A stretch of DNA of 32,000 nt from Zestosphaera tikiterensis. Its GTDB lineage: Archaea > Thermoproteota > Thermoprotei_A > Sulfolobales > NBVN01. Position numbers and translations under genes: made by a program. The DNA lies in assembly GCA_003056265.1 (NCBI GenBank), contig NBVN01000002.1, forward strand, positions 330,001 to 362,000. Reading direction: 5' to 3'. Within the stretch, counting starts at the first letter, position 1; each line of letters begins with the position of its first letter. Shown in pieces: positions 1-6,991 of the stretch. The notes beneath the pieces were generated by a model that was given only the letters and a program-made list of their open reading frames with translations, made no database searches and was not told where the DNA came from.

Positions 1-239
1 TTAGCTTTCTCTCTTTTCCTATTAGGTATCAAGACATTAACTTCAGACGCGTTAAGAACTACGTGCGCGTTCGTAACTATAAGACCCTCCTCTACAAAGA
101 ATCCTGAACCAGCACCTCTAAACTCTCTATAGCCAAAGAAGAGATCAATACTTGGTACTGTAGTGAATATCGTTACAACGCTTTTTGAGACTTTATTTAT
201 TAACTCTGAGACTTGCTTATTGAAAGCTTCTAAACTCAT
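1..239 (-). CDS. Trypsin-like serine protease (HtrA/DegP-like), N-terminal part; the gene runs off the window start
   Basis: Hand translation of the minus strand from ATG 239..237 gives MSLEAFNKQVSELINKVSKSVVTIFTT...FRGAGSGFFVEEGLIVTNAHVVLNASEV... The GSGF..G.IVTNAHV segment is the catalytic-His region typical of S1/HtrA proteases. The frame is open to the window edge; it is absent from the ORF track because it is truncated. Confidence 0.5.
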   Translation of the reverse strand, partial: MSLEAFNKQVSELINKVSKSVVTIFTTVPSIDLFFGYREFRGAGSGFFVEEGLIVTNAHVVLNASEVNVLIPNRKREKA

Positions 240-328
240 GTACACACCAAGACATATTTCCTCAAGCAATTAATAAATGAAAAGTACGTTTATGAGTAAC
301 GCCTAAGTTGTTTTTAACTTAAATAGTT

Positions 329-342
329 AAAGCTTAATAAAA
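329..342 (+). promoter_or_regulatory. BRE/TATA-like box aaagcttaataaaa upstream of rps19e
   Basis: The A-rich BRE-like aaag plus cttaataaaa is centred about 35 nt upstream of ATG 373. The same aaagctt-TATA word recurs upstream of nep1 and secY. Confidence 0.45.
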
Positions 343-372
343 CCTGTAGTAAATTGATTAGGGTGTGAGTGA

Positions 373-837
373 ATGGTTAACGTTAAGGAAGTGCCTGCGG
401 ATTTGTTTATTGCGGAGCTCGCTAGATATCTTAAGGAGAACGTTAAAACCGTAAAACCTCCGGCTTGGGCATCGTATGTTAAGACAGGTTCTTTTAGGGA
501 GAAAATTCCTGAAGACCCGGAATGGTGGTATGTTAGAGCAGCTAGCGTATTAAGGAAGCTCTACATTAGTGGTGAACCCATAGGTTTAAACACGCTTAGA
601 GTTGTTTACGGAGGTCTTAAAAGAAGAGGTTCAGCCCCTCCACACTTTAGAAGGGCTGGAGGCGCTATCTTAAGGACTATACTTCATCAGCTTGAAAGCG
701 CTGGTTTAGTAACTAAGGTAGAGAAGAAAGGCCGTGTTTTAACTCCTAAGGGATATTCTCTACTCGACTCTATAGCTGATAAAGTATTTAAGGAAGTCGT
801 TGCTGTAAACCCTGAGTTAAAGAGGTACGGGGGTTAA
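373..837 (+). CDS. rps19e: 30S ribosomal protein S19e
   Basis: The 154-aa ORF reads VKEVPADLFIAELARYLKE...PAWASYVKTG...PEDPEWWYVRAASVLRKLY...GG..RRG..P.HF....G.I.R..LQQLE, a typical eS19 sequence. It heads the conserved archaeal cluster. Confidence 0.95.
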   Translation: MVNVKEVPADLFIAELARYLKENVKTVKPPAWASYVKTGSFREKIPEDPEWWYVRAASVLRKLYISGEPIGLNTLRVVYGGLKRRGSAPPHFRRAGGAILRTILHQLESAGLVTKVEKKGRVLTPKGYSLLDSIADKVFKEVVAVNPELKRYGG

Positions 838-840
838 GTA

Positions 841-1191
841 TTGAGTGAGGAGTACTACGACGCTGAGTTAGAGGAGCTTAAGAGAAGGCAGCTAGAGGCT
901 CTTATGAGGAAGCAGGAGGAAGAGAGAAGAAAGCAGGAGGAGATGGAGAGGGAGGCGCAGAAACAGGAGATATTGAGGAAGGCTATGACGCCGGATGCTA
1001 GGGCTAGGTTAAGCAATGTGAAGTTGGTGAGGCCTGAGTTAGCTAAAGCTGTTGAGGACTATATAGTTAACCTAGCTCTTACAGGTCAGTTACGTAGCGT
1101 TATAGATGAAGAGACGCTTAAGCAGATTTTATACGCGATAGATTCAAGAACTAGGAGGGATTATAGAATCGTTATTAAAGAGAAGAGGTGA
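841..1191 (+). CDS. PDCD5/TFAR19-like dsDNA-binding protein
   Basis: TTG start. It has a charged N-terminal coiled region, then [32 protein letters not shown]...ETLKQIL, typical of the archaeal PDCD5-family protein that follows rps19e. Confidence 0.85.
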   Translation: MSEEYYDAELEELKRRQLEALMRKQEEERRKQEEMEREAQKQEILRKAMTPDARARLSNVKLVRPELAKAVEDYIVNLALTGQLRSVIDEETLKQILYAIDSRTRRDYRIVIKEKR

Positions 1192-1196
1192 TTGAA

Positions 1197-1355
1197 TTGA
1201 CTAGGAATAAACACGTAGCACGTAAGTTAAGGCTTGCTAAAGCACTTACAAGCAATCAAGCAATACCTGTATGGGTTGTAGTTAAGACTTTGAGGAAAGT
1301 CCCTTACAGACCTAAGTTAAGGCATTGGAGAAGGAGTAAGTTAAAGAACGTATGA
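1197..1355 (+). CDS. rpl39e: 50S ribosomal protein L39e (too short for the ORF track)
   Basis: Hand translation from TTG 1197 gives (M)[51 protein letters not shown], 52 codons, with stop at 1353-1355. It occupies the canonical position between the PDCD5-like gene and rpl31e. Confidence 0.85.
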   Translation: MTRNKHVARKLRLAKALTSNQAIPVWVVVKTLRKVPYRPKLRHWRRSKLKNV

Positions 1356-1365
1356 GGCGATGTGA

Positions 1366-1689
1366 TTGGTTGAGGGTAGGATATACGTAATAAATTTAAA
1401 CAGACTTAAGTGGACTGGATTAAGTAGGAGAGTGCCTAGAGCCATAAAACATATAGAGAAATACTTATTAAGACATACGAAAGCCGATAAGATTATAATA
1501 GATTCTTCAATAAATGAATATCTGCACTCACGATCTCACGACTCACTACCTAGTAAAATCGCTGTCACGGTAGTTAAGCTAGATAGTGAGGGTAAAGTCC
1601 TTAAAGCTACGTTATGCATCCTAGTGGAAGAGAAGTTGGAACGTGTTGAGGTCGGTTCAGGCGGAAGTAAATCTGAGGTCGTTAGTTAA
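1366..1689 (+). CDS. rpl31e: 50S ribosomal protein L31e
   Basis: TTG start. RIYVINLNRLKW.G.SRRVPRAIKHIEKYLLRHTKADKIIIDSSINEYL fits eL31, and the cluster context agrees. Confidence 0.9.
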   Translation: MVEGRIYVINLNRLKWTGLSRRVPRAIKHIEKYLLRHTKADKIIIDSSINEYLHSRSHDSLPSKIAVTVVKLDSEGKVLKATLCILVEEKLERVEVGSGGSKSEVVS

Positions 1690-2357
1690 TGCCTTTAGAA
1701 AAGCTGAGGATTTTCGGAAATCCAAACATCGGTGTTTACATATTCACAAATAATAAAGTGACTTTAGTTCCTGAAGGTACGCAACCACAGGTTAAGAAGG
1801 CGTTAAGCGATACATTATCTACTGAAGTTCTGGAAGCAGTGGTTGCCGACTCCAGGCTTTTAGGTATATTCATAGCTGGGAACGATAAAGCTATATTACT
1901 GCCTAAAACAGCTCGTGATAAGGAAGTAGATAGGCTTAAAGAGTTAGGCCTTCCTGTTAAGGTGGTTTTCACGTCGTTTACGGCTTTAGGTAATATAATA
2001 TTAACTAACAATAGAGTAGCGTTAATCCATCCGGAGTTAAGCGATAAAGAAGTGGAGGTCGTGTGCAGGGAATTAAATGTGGAGAAATGCGTTAGGAGAT
2101 CTATAGTTAACATACCTACGGTGGGTTCCGTCGCCGTTATTAACGATAACAGCGGCTTATTCCACCCCGACGTCAACGAAAGCGAGTTAAAAGCTCTTGA
2201 GGAATTACTTAAGATACGTGTAGGGACAGGCACTGTAAACTTCGGAGTTGGGTTTATTAAGACCGGTTTAATAGCTAATAATTTTGGGGCTGTGGTGGGG
2301 GATCTAACCACAGGACCTGAGATAATGAGGGTAATGGATGCGTTTAATTTGAGGTGA
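1689..2357 (+). CDS. eif6: Translation initiation factor 6 (aIF6)
   Basis: The 222-aa ORF has the IF6 pentein repeats (RIFGNPNIGVY..., IAGNDKAILLP, LGNIILTNNRVALIHPEL, VGSVAVINDNSGLFHPD, VNFGVGFIKTGLIANNFGAVVG). Confidence 0.95.
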   Translation: MPLEKLRIFGNPNIGVYIFTNNKVTLVPEGTQPQVKKALSDTLSTEVLEAVVADSRLLGIFIAGNDKAILLPKTARDKEVDRLKELGLPVKVVFTSFTALGNIILTNNRVALIHPELSDKEVEVVCRELNVEKCVRRSIVNIPTVGSVAVINDNSGLFHPDVNESELKALEELLKIRVGTGTVNFGVGFIKTGLIANNFGAVVGDLTTGPEIMRVMDAFNLR

Positions 2358-2623
2358 TGTGGGTGGAGGTAAAAACGTTTAGGGTCGTGGGTTTGGCGCT
2401 CTTCAGCCCAGACAGAACTAGAGATTGGCAGAAATTCATGATAGATGTTAGAGGCGTTAATGAGAAGGAAGCTTTAGAGAAGGTTTATTCATTAATGGGT
2501 AGTAGGCATAAGCTTAAGAGATCGCATATAAAGGTCGTTGAGATTAGGGAAATAAGTCCTGAAGAATCCAAGAGCAAGTATATAAGGGAGATATCCGCTT
2601 TAGAGGGTTGGAGCGTTGAGTGA
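2354..2623 (+). CDS. rplX: 50S ribosomal protein LX (L18Ae/L20A family)
   Basis: The 89-aa ORF reads VKTFRVVGLALFSPDRTRDWQKFMIDVRGVNEKEALEKVYSLMGSRHKLKRSHIKV. Its conserved position is between aIF6 and prefoldin alpha. Confidence 0.85.
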   Translation: MMWVEVKTFRVVGLALFSPDRTRDWQKFMIDVRGVNEKEALEKVYSLMGSRHKLKRSHIKVVEIREISPEESKSKYIREISALEGWSVE

Positions 2624-3089
2624 ATCTAAAGGACAGCGAGTCGTTGTTTCTTTAGATGCTTTAGTAGCTCAAATGGCTGAGTTAAGGAAGTATATCGAAA
2701 ACCTTCAAACTCAAATCAATCAAATACAGGAGGAGATCTCTGAATTAAGAGCTAGTAGTAACGCGTTGTCAGAGTTTAAATCAGGTAAGACTGAGGAGAT
2801 ACTTACTCCTGCTGATAGACGCGGTCATATATTAATTAAAGCTAAGCCCGTCTCGAAGGAAACTGTAGTAACTCATATAGGTCTGGAGTATTACGTTGAG
2901 TTACCGCTAGATAAAGCTATTGAAATCTTAACGCTTAAGGAAAAGGAGCTTAGGGAAGCTAGCGATGAACTTCAACGTGAGTTAGTTAGAGTTTTAAACT
3001 ACTATCAAAGACTTGAAAACGTAGTTAACACGGTGTTAACGCAGGCAAGGCAGCAAGCCAAACAAACGTCTGAGAAAATCTCTTCTTAA
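2616..3089 (+). CDS. pfdA: Prefoldin alpha subunit
   Basis: The 157-aa ORF has coiled-coil ends flanking a central beta segment (ILIKAKPVSKETVVTHIGLEYYVELPLDKAIEIL). The position upstream of ftsY is canonical. Confidence 0.85.
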   Translation: MSESKGQRVVVSLDALVAQMAELRKYIENLQTQINQIQEEISELRASSNALSEFKSGKTEEILTPADRRGHILIKAKPVSKETVVTHIGLEYYVELPLDKAIEILTLKEKELREASDELQRELVRVLNYYQRLENVVNTVLTQARQQAKQTSEKISS

Positions 3090-3107
3090 AGATAGAGTGA
3101 TTAAAGG

Positions 3108-4022
3108 ATGTTTAAGAAAGTTAGAGAAACCTTACGTAGCCTCACCTCTAAGGTTAGCGATACGTTAAGCAAGAAAGAACTTAGCTATGAAGAATTTAAT
3201 GAAATATTTGAAGAATTTCGATGGGTTCTTTCAGAGAACGACGTTGCTCAAGAAGCTATCGACGCTCTTAAAGAGATATTAGCTAAGGAGTTAGTCGGCG
3301 TTAAAATTTCTAGATTTACCAGCTCTAAAGACTACGTAGTAGATAAGGTTAAGGAAGCTTTACGTAAATTATTGGAGGAGAACACATTCCAAAACGACTT
3401 AGTGGATTTGGTTAAAGCCTCACCTAAGCCCTACGTCATCGTGTTTATGGGGGTTAATGGGGTAGGTAAGACTACAACCATAGCTAAGGTAGCGTTTAAG
3501 TTAAAGACCAACGGCTTAAAACCAGTTATAGTGGCGGCTGATACGTTCCGAGCCGGGGCTTTAGAACAGCTGGAGATACACGCTAAGAAACTGGACGTGC
3601 CGTTCATCCGAGGTAAGTATGGTGCGGACCCAGCGTCCGTAGCTAAAGACGGAGTCATCTACGCTCAGAAAAACAAGCTTGACGTCGTGTTAATAGATAC
3701 GGCAGGCAGGATGCATACAGATAGAGACTTAATGGATGAAATCCGTAAGGTGGTTAGAGTCGTTAAACCAAACCTTAAGGTACTTGTTCTAGACGCCTTA
3801 GTTGGGAATGACGCCGTAAATCAAGCTAAGTGGTTTGACGAGGTCGTAGGCGTTGATGCAGTTATACTCACGAAACTTGACGCGGACGCTAAGGGAGGTT
3901 CAGCTTTAAGCGTTATTTTAACGATAAATAAGAAGATAATGTATGTCGGTGTAGGGCAGGGATATGAAGACCTCCTTAAGTTCAATCCGGACTTAATACT
4001 TAATAATCTCTTAGAGCAATAA
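3108..4022 (+). CDS. ftsY: Signal recognition particle receptor FtsY
   Basis: SRP-GTPase NG domain motifs are present: GVNGVGKTTTIAK (G1), DTFRAGA, DTAGR (G3), TKLD (G4), GGSALS. Confidence 0.95.
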   Translation: MFKKVRETLRSLTSKVSDTLSKKELSYEEFNEIFEEFRWVLSENDVAQEAIDALKEILAKELVGVKISRFTSSKDYVVDKVKEALRKLLEENTFQNDLVDLVKASPKPYVIVFMGVNGVGKTTTIAKVAFKLKTNGLKPVIVAADTFRAGALEQLEIHAKKLDVPFIRGKYGADPASVAKDGVIYAQKNKLDVVLIDTAGRMHTDRDLMDEIRKVVRVVKPNLKVLVLDALVGNDAVNQAKWFDEVVGVDAVILTKLDADAKGGSALSVILTINKKIMYVGVGQGYEDLLKFNPDLILNNLLEQ

Positions 4023-4032
4023 CTTCTTGATT

Positions 4033-4185
4033 GCTGACGGCTCCTGTTGTTTTTAACAGGGGGTTCTCCCTCTAGGGCTTCCATCACTTCTCTGAAGCCC
4101 CTCACCGGGAGTGCATCATCTATCAGTTCCCGCCGTCAGCGCCGGGAAGGTGTGGGTCTCATCCCAAGCTACGGTTGCCCACACC
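4033..4185. ncRNA. Candidate structured RNA of unknown class (strand undetermined)
   Basis: A GC-rich island lies in the ftsY-nep1 spacer. It contains a perfect 9-bp long-range stem gctgacggc (4033-4041) / gccgtcagc (4132-4140). That stem encloses two hairpins, cctgtt/aacagg (4043-4060) and gggcttc/gaagccc (4075-4100). A further 8-bp hairpin ggtgtggg/cccacacc follows at 4149-4185. Confidence 0.35.
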
Positions 4186-4210
4186 CAACTCAATACATAT
4201 TAAGTTAGAG

Positions 4211-4223
4211 AAAGCTTATAAAC
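4211..4223 (+). promoter_or_regulatory. BRE/TATA-like box aaagcttataaac upstream of nep1
   Basis: It has the same word as the rps19e and secY promoter candidates and lies about 40 nt upstream of the GTG at 4259. Confidence 0.4.
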
Positions 4224-4258
4224 ATTCATCCTACCTTAAAAAGCGAAGCCTCAAACAG

Positions 4259-4951
4259 GTGGTGATTACGATATTAAAACTGGTGTTGGCTGAATCTTCA
4301 CTGGAGCTTGTGCCTCAGGAAATCGCTAGCCATCCTTCAGTGTTAAAGCACGCTAAGCTTAGAGGTAAGAAACCTACGGAAATCCTACTTGATAAGTCGT
4401 TTCATTACTCAGCCATGAAGCGGTTGAAAGATAAGGAAAAGAGGGGTAGGCCCGACATCGTGCACGTGACCTTACTTGAAGCTCTTTCATCGCCTCTGAA
4501 TATAGAGGGTAAGCTACGGATTTACATACATACCTACGGTGATTACGTTATTGAAGTTAATCACAAAACACGCATACCTAAGAACTACTTAAGGTTTGTG
4601 GGACTTATGGAGCAGTTGTTCACGGTAGGTGAAGTACCGCCTAAATCGAAAGAACCCCTCCTTAAGATCTACCCGTCAAACCTCACGAATCTTTTAAAAC
4701 TTCTTAACGCTAGAGGGGCTATAGTGCTTGATGAGGAGGGTGAGTTAGTCAGTCCTAAGGCTATATGTAATGAAGCAATAAGTAAAGACATACCAGTGAT
4801 TGTTGGGGGTTTCCCACACGGTAGATACGGCAGTGAAGTTTACGCTAACGCCATCGCAACATATTCGATCTACCATAAACCACTGGAGACGTGGACCGTC
4901 ACCTCGATAATAATACATGCCTGCGAAGAAGTTTTGAAAATCCTACTCTAG
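4259..4951 (+). CDS. nep1: rRNA small-subunit pseudouridine methyltransferase Nep1 (Emg1)
   Basis: LVLAESSLELVP......GRPDIVHVTLL........L.IYIHT is the Nep1 SPOUT signature. The track ORF opens at TTG 4175, but that extension covers the promoter box and a GC hairpin. I place the start at GTG 4259 or 4262, just before VITILKLVLAES. Confidence 0.85.
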   Translation: MVITILKLVLAESSLELVPQEIASHPSVLKHAKLRGKKPTEILLDKSFHYSAMKRLKDKEKRGRPDIVHVTLLEALSSPLNIEGKLRIYIHTYGDYVIEVNHKTRIPKNYLRFVGLMEQLFTVGEVPPKSKEPLLKIYPSNLTNLLKLLNARGAIVLDEEGELVSPKAICNEAISKDIPVIVGGFPHGRYGSEVYANAIATYSIYHKPLETWTVTSIIIHACEEVLKILL

Positions 4952-5289
4952 CTAAATACATAGATGTTGCGGTTAGGTCAAACCAAACGAGGCTTAAAAG
5001 GTTACTCATACCTGTCAAAAACAACGTATGAACATCTTTCCCTACCTTTAAAGGCAGAGTTCCACTACCGGGTCTTAAGCAATACCCCCTTCAGAGAAGG
5101 TAAGCTGCCAAATATGCTTATCATATAACTTTATCTGCTTCTTCAGATACAAAGGAGGCATCGTGGTTCTTATTCTAAGGTTTCGGCTTCATCGTTTTTA
5201 ATTACTTGCCTTCATCATCCGATCTTTACTCTACCCCCGCTTTCCGAGAGCCTAACTTCATAGCTCAAACCCTCCCCAACCCTCCACTA

Positions 5290-5470
5290 AACACCTCAGG
5301 CGAGGATAGAAGCTTCACTTAGTTGAATCTCATCCATATCTCCATCTCCTCATTAGCTTGACAACACAACCCTCAAACATAAAATTAAACAGTAACATTC
5401 ATATATTTTTATAATTTTTTATAATTTAGTCTTTAAGGTGGGGTAACGCTCCTCCATCGCTGAAAGCCCT
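5290..5470 (-). repeat. Possible third, partial and diverged copy of the 6803-7035 / 30385-30730 element
   Basis: Three collinear blocks resemble copy B read on the + strand. Block 1: ggatagaagcttcacttagttg (5304-5325) against ggatggaaagcttataagttg. Block 2: aaccctcaaacataaaattaaa (5368-5389) against aaacctcaagcaaatcaattaaa. Block 3: taacgctcctccatcgctgaaag (5444-5466) against taacgcctcccacatgaag. Identity is only about 70% with gaps, and the head part is missing. Confidence 0.25.
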
Positions 5471-5530
5471 TCATCAACTCCAAATAGAAACTACAAAACC
5501 AGGCATAAACTTAAAGAACGAAGAAAACAA

Positions 5531-5549
5531 TTAAGAATATTTAAGAATA
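5531..5549 (+). repeat. Direct repeat ttaagaata x2 with 10-bp phasing upstream of the NTase-fold gene
   Basis: ttaagaata occurs at 5531-5539 and 5541-5549. Confidence 0.5.
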
Positions 5550-5596
5550 CCAAGAAAATATACAGAACAGGTTAAGGCGACATCACAGCTTCATAT

Positions 5597-6370
5597 ATGC
5601 ATTCAAAACAGCTTGAAAATTCTCATGGAATACATATAATAGGTGTTATTCATATGACGAAGGAGTTAAAAATGGGTGGCACTCAAATATTTTACGGGGG
5701 TGTTAATGCTGGTAGAGAAGTCAATAGCCGTGCAAAACCCGAAGAATGGATACCGTTGCTTATGAATGCGTATAGAGCACTACGTGAAATTTTAGAGGAA
5801 TTTAAGGTTAAGCCTGTTATTGTCGGTGCTGGTGCCTACGGAATTCATGTTGAATTTGATCCAACTAAGGACATAGATATAGCTCTCTCCAAACCGCTCT
5901 TAGTAAGCGAGCTAGGAACGATTCTAAATCGACTATCGAATTCCCTTAAAACTCTCGGCTATAGAGTGCTTGGTGGAGGACTACAGCAGGGAAGATCGCC
6001 TGAAGATTGGGTTATACAGATATTTATTGGGGTAAAACCTGGGAGGATTGTCGGGCTAGAGATCTTTAATCTATTAAACGCTCGACCACTTTCTGTTTTT
6101 GAAACTAAAACCACGTATCTTGAGGGCGAGATGTTTGAAGTGTTAACTCTTGAGTCATGGATCGCAAGCAAGCTTACAGATCCAAACGGTATTGACGAGC
6201 GCAACTTAAGGAGGCTAGAGAAATCCCTTGAGAAGAACGTAAACGTTGAGAAAATTCTGGAAATAGTTATGAGAAGCGGTCTCAGTGAAATAGCAAAGAT
6301 CAATGCTAAAGATGCGTTAGCTAGGACACGACATGCGAAGCTTAAGACCTTACTAACGGTATTAATATAA
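5597..6370 (+). CDS. Nucleotidyltransferase-fold protein (AbiEii/DUF1814-like), function unknown
   Basis: VIVGAGAYGIHVEFDPTKDIDIAL fits the G[GS]x9-13DxD pol-beta NTase motif. The C-terminal WIASKLTD....DERNLRRL resembles the K..A...R..RD..DL tail of AbiEii-type proteins. The start is uncertain: ATG 5597, 5654 (MTKELK) or 5672 are all possible. Confidence 0.55.
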   Translation: MHSKQLENSHGIHIIGVIHMTKELKMGGTQIFYGGVNAGREVNSRAKPEEWIPLLMNAYRALREILEEFKVKPVIVGAGAYGIHVEFDPTKDIDIALSKPLLVSELGTILNRLSNSLKTLGYRVLGGGLQQGRSPEDWVIQIFIGVKPGRIVGLEIFNLLNARPLSVFETKTTYLEGEMFEVLTLESWIASKLTDPNGIDERNLRRLEKSLEKNVNVEKILEIVMRSGLSEIAKINAKDALARTRHAKLKTLLTVLI

Positions 6371-6371
6371 G

Positions 6372-6752
6372 GTGAGTTTCACGGCAGAGCTAACGCTTAG
6401 ATGGAGGCGTGGTTTAAAGGAGTGGGAGAAACCTCTGCTAGCAGCAGCTATGTACTTCGTGGATCCTAGACCAGAAGAGGAAATCTTAAAGGATATGGCA
6501 GAGCTCGTTGGACTCGAAGAATCTAAAAAGATAGCATCACTGGTATGGAAGATAGCCTTCGGCGAAGGTTATATAGACGAGGAGTGGTTTAAACTATTAG
6601 AAAGCCTTAAGATCTTAAGTCCCTGGAAGTGCATATGGAAATTCCAGGAACTCGCAGAGAAAGGACTCAGAAAAAGACATAATACCGAACCCGCTAAGTT
6701 GAGAGACAGAGACGTTCTAAGAGAAGCATGTAAACTCCTTGGAACAGGATAA
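6372..6752 (+). CDS. Hypothetical 126-aa protein, translationally coupled to the NTase-fold gene
   Basis: The GTG start lies 1 nt after the upstream stop. The protein is predicted helical and charged. No motif recognised; no Rx4-6H HEPN motif seen. Confidence 0.45.
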   Translation: MSFTAELTLRWRRGLKEWEKPLLAAAMYFVDPRPEEEILKDMAELVGLEESKKIASLVWKIAFGEGYIDEEWFKLLESLKILSPWKCIWKFQELAEKGLRKRHNTEPAKLRDRDVLREACKLLGTG

Positions 6753-6877
6753 CGTCTTTAGTCTCTTGAAGCAGCCCAGCAGTCAGGCTTAAAGGATACT
6801 ATGTCTGACCTCCTCCCCGTTCTGAAGGACTTAGGGTTATGGATTGCTTTCACCAATCATCGGCCTCAGAGGGCCTC

Positions 6878-6963
6878 AAAAATTCGTGTGGGAAATATTG
6901 GGCTTCTAGAGGGTGTTTTCGGTATTGCTTGAAGTTTACCTCCAACACATTAAACATCATCAC
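6878..6963 (-). ncRNA. Candidate ~85-nt transcript inside element copy A
   Basis: On the minus strand a promoter-like gaagatttatataa (6978-6991) lies about 20-26 nt upstream of GGUGAUGAUGUUUAAUG. A U5 run (6878-6882) sits at the same aligned position as the U4 run in copy B. Confidence 0.3.
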
Positions 6964-6977
6964 CAAAAGCTAAACAA

Positions 6978-6991
6978 TTATATAAATCTTC
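6978..6991 (-). promoter_or_regulatory. TATA-like box (gaagatttatataa on the minus strand) inside element copy A
   Basis: It closely resembles the AOR promoter candidate aaagatttatatg (14456-14468, minus strand). Confidence 0.35.

Noticed and set aside
1736-2311. A 191-aa ORF antisense to aIF6. Similar antisense or overlapping track ORFs are 3431..3658, 3821..4105, 5959..6303, 9414..9599, 11688..11960, 12264..12512, 12685..12903, 12944..13144, 13457..13663, 13612..13806, 13707..13901, 14062..14328, 15270..15602, 16446..16643, 17016..17234, 17749..17952, 20692..20925, 20959..21342, 21605..21841, 22112..22339, 22981..23184, 23986..24264, 24780..24971, 25418..25663, 27475..27684 and 28281..28532.
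   Set aside because: All lie inside confidently identified genes, either on the opposite strand or out of frame on the same strand. They have low-complexity Ser/Thr/Leu/Pro-rich translations and no recognisable motifs, which is typical of shadow ORFs.
4131-4160. gtcagcgccgggaagg resembles the SRP RNA helix-8 motif GUCAGGUCCGGAAGGAAGCAGC, and the locus is next to ftsY.
   Set aside because: The GGAA tetraloop cannot be closed properly, the AGCA asymmetric-loop signature is missing, and only about 150 nt of structured sequence is available against about 300 nt for archaeal SRP RNA.
4060-4160. Weak resemblance between the ftsY-nep1 structured segment (ggggttctccctctagggc..., ccatcacttctctgaagccc) and parts of the 102-nt insert or the 5444-5476 block.
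   Set aside because: The matches are short, gapped and not collinear, so I cannot distinguish them from chance similarity between GC-rich hairpins. A formal alignment would be worthwhile, but I do not claim homology.
4175-4258. N-terminal 28-codon extension of the nep1 track ORF (TTG start).
   Set aside because: It covers a GC hairpin arm and the promoter-like box. Nep1 homologues begin close to the LVLAES segment, so GTG 4259 or 4262 is preferred.
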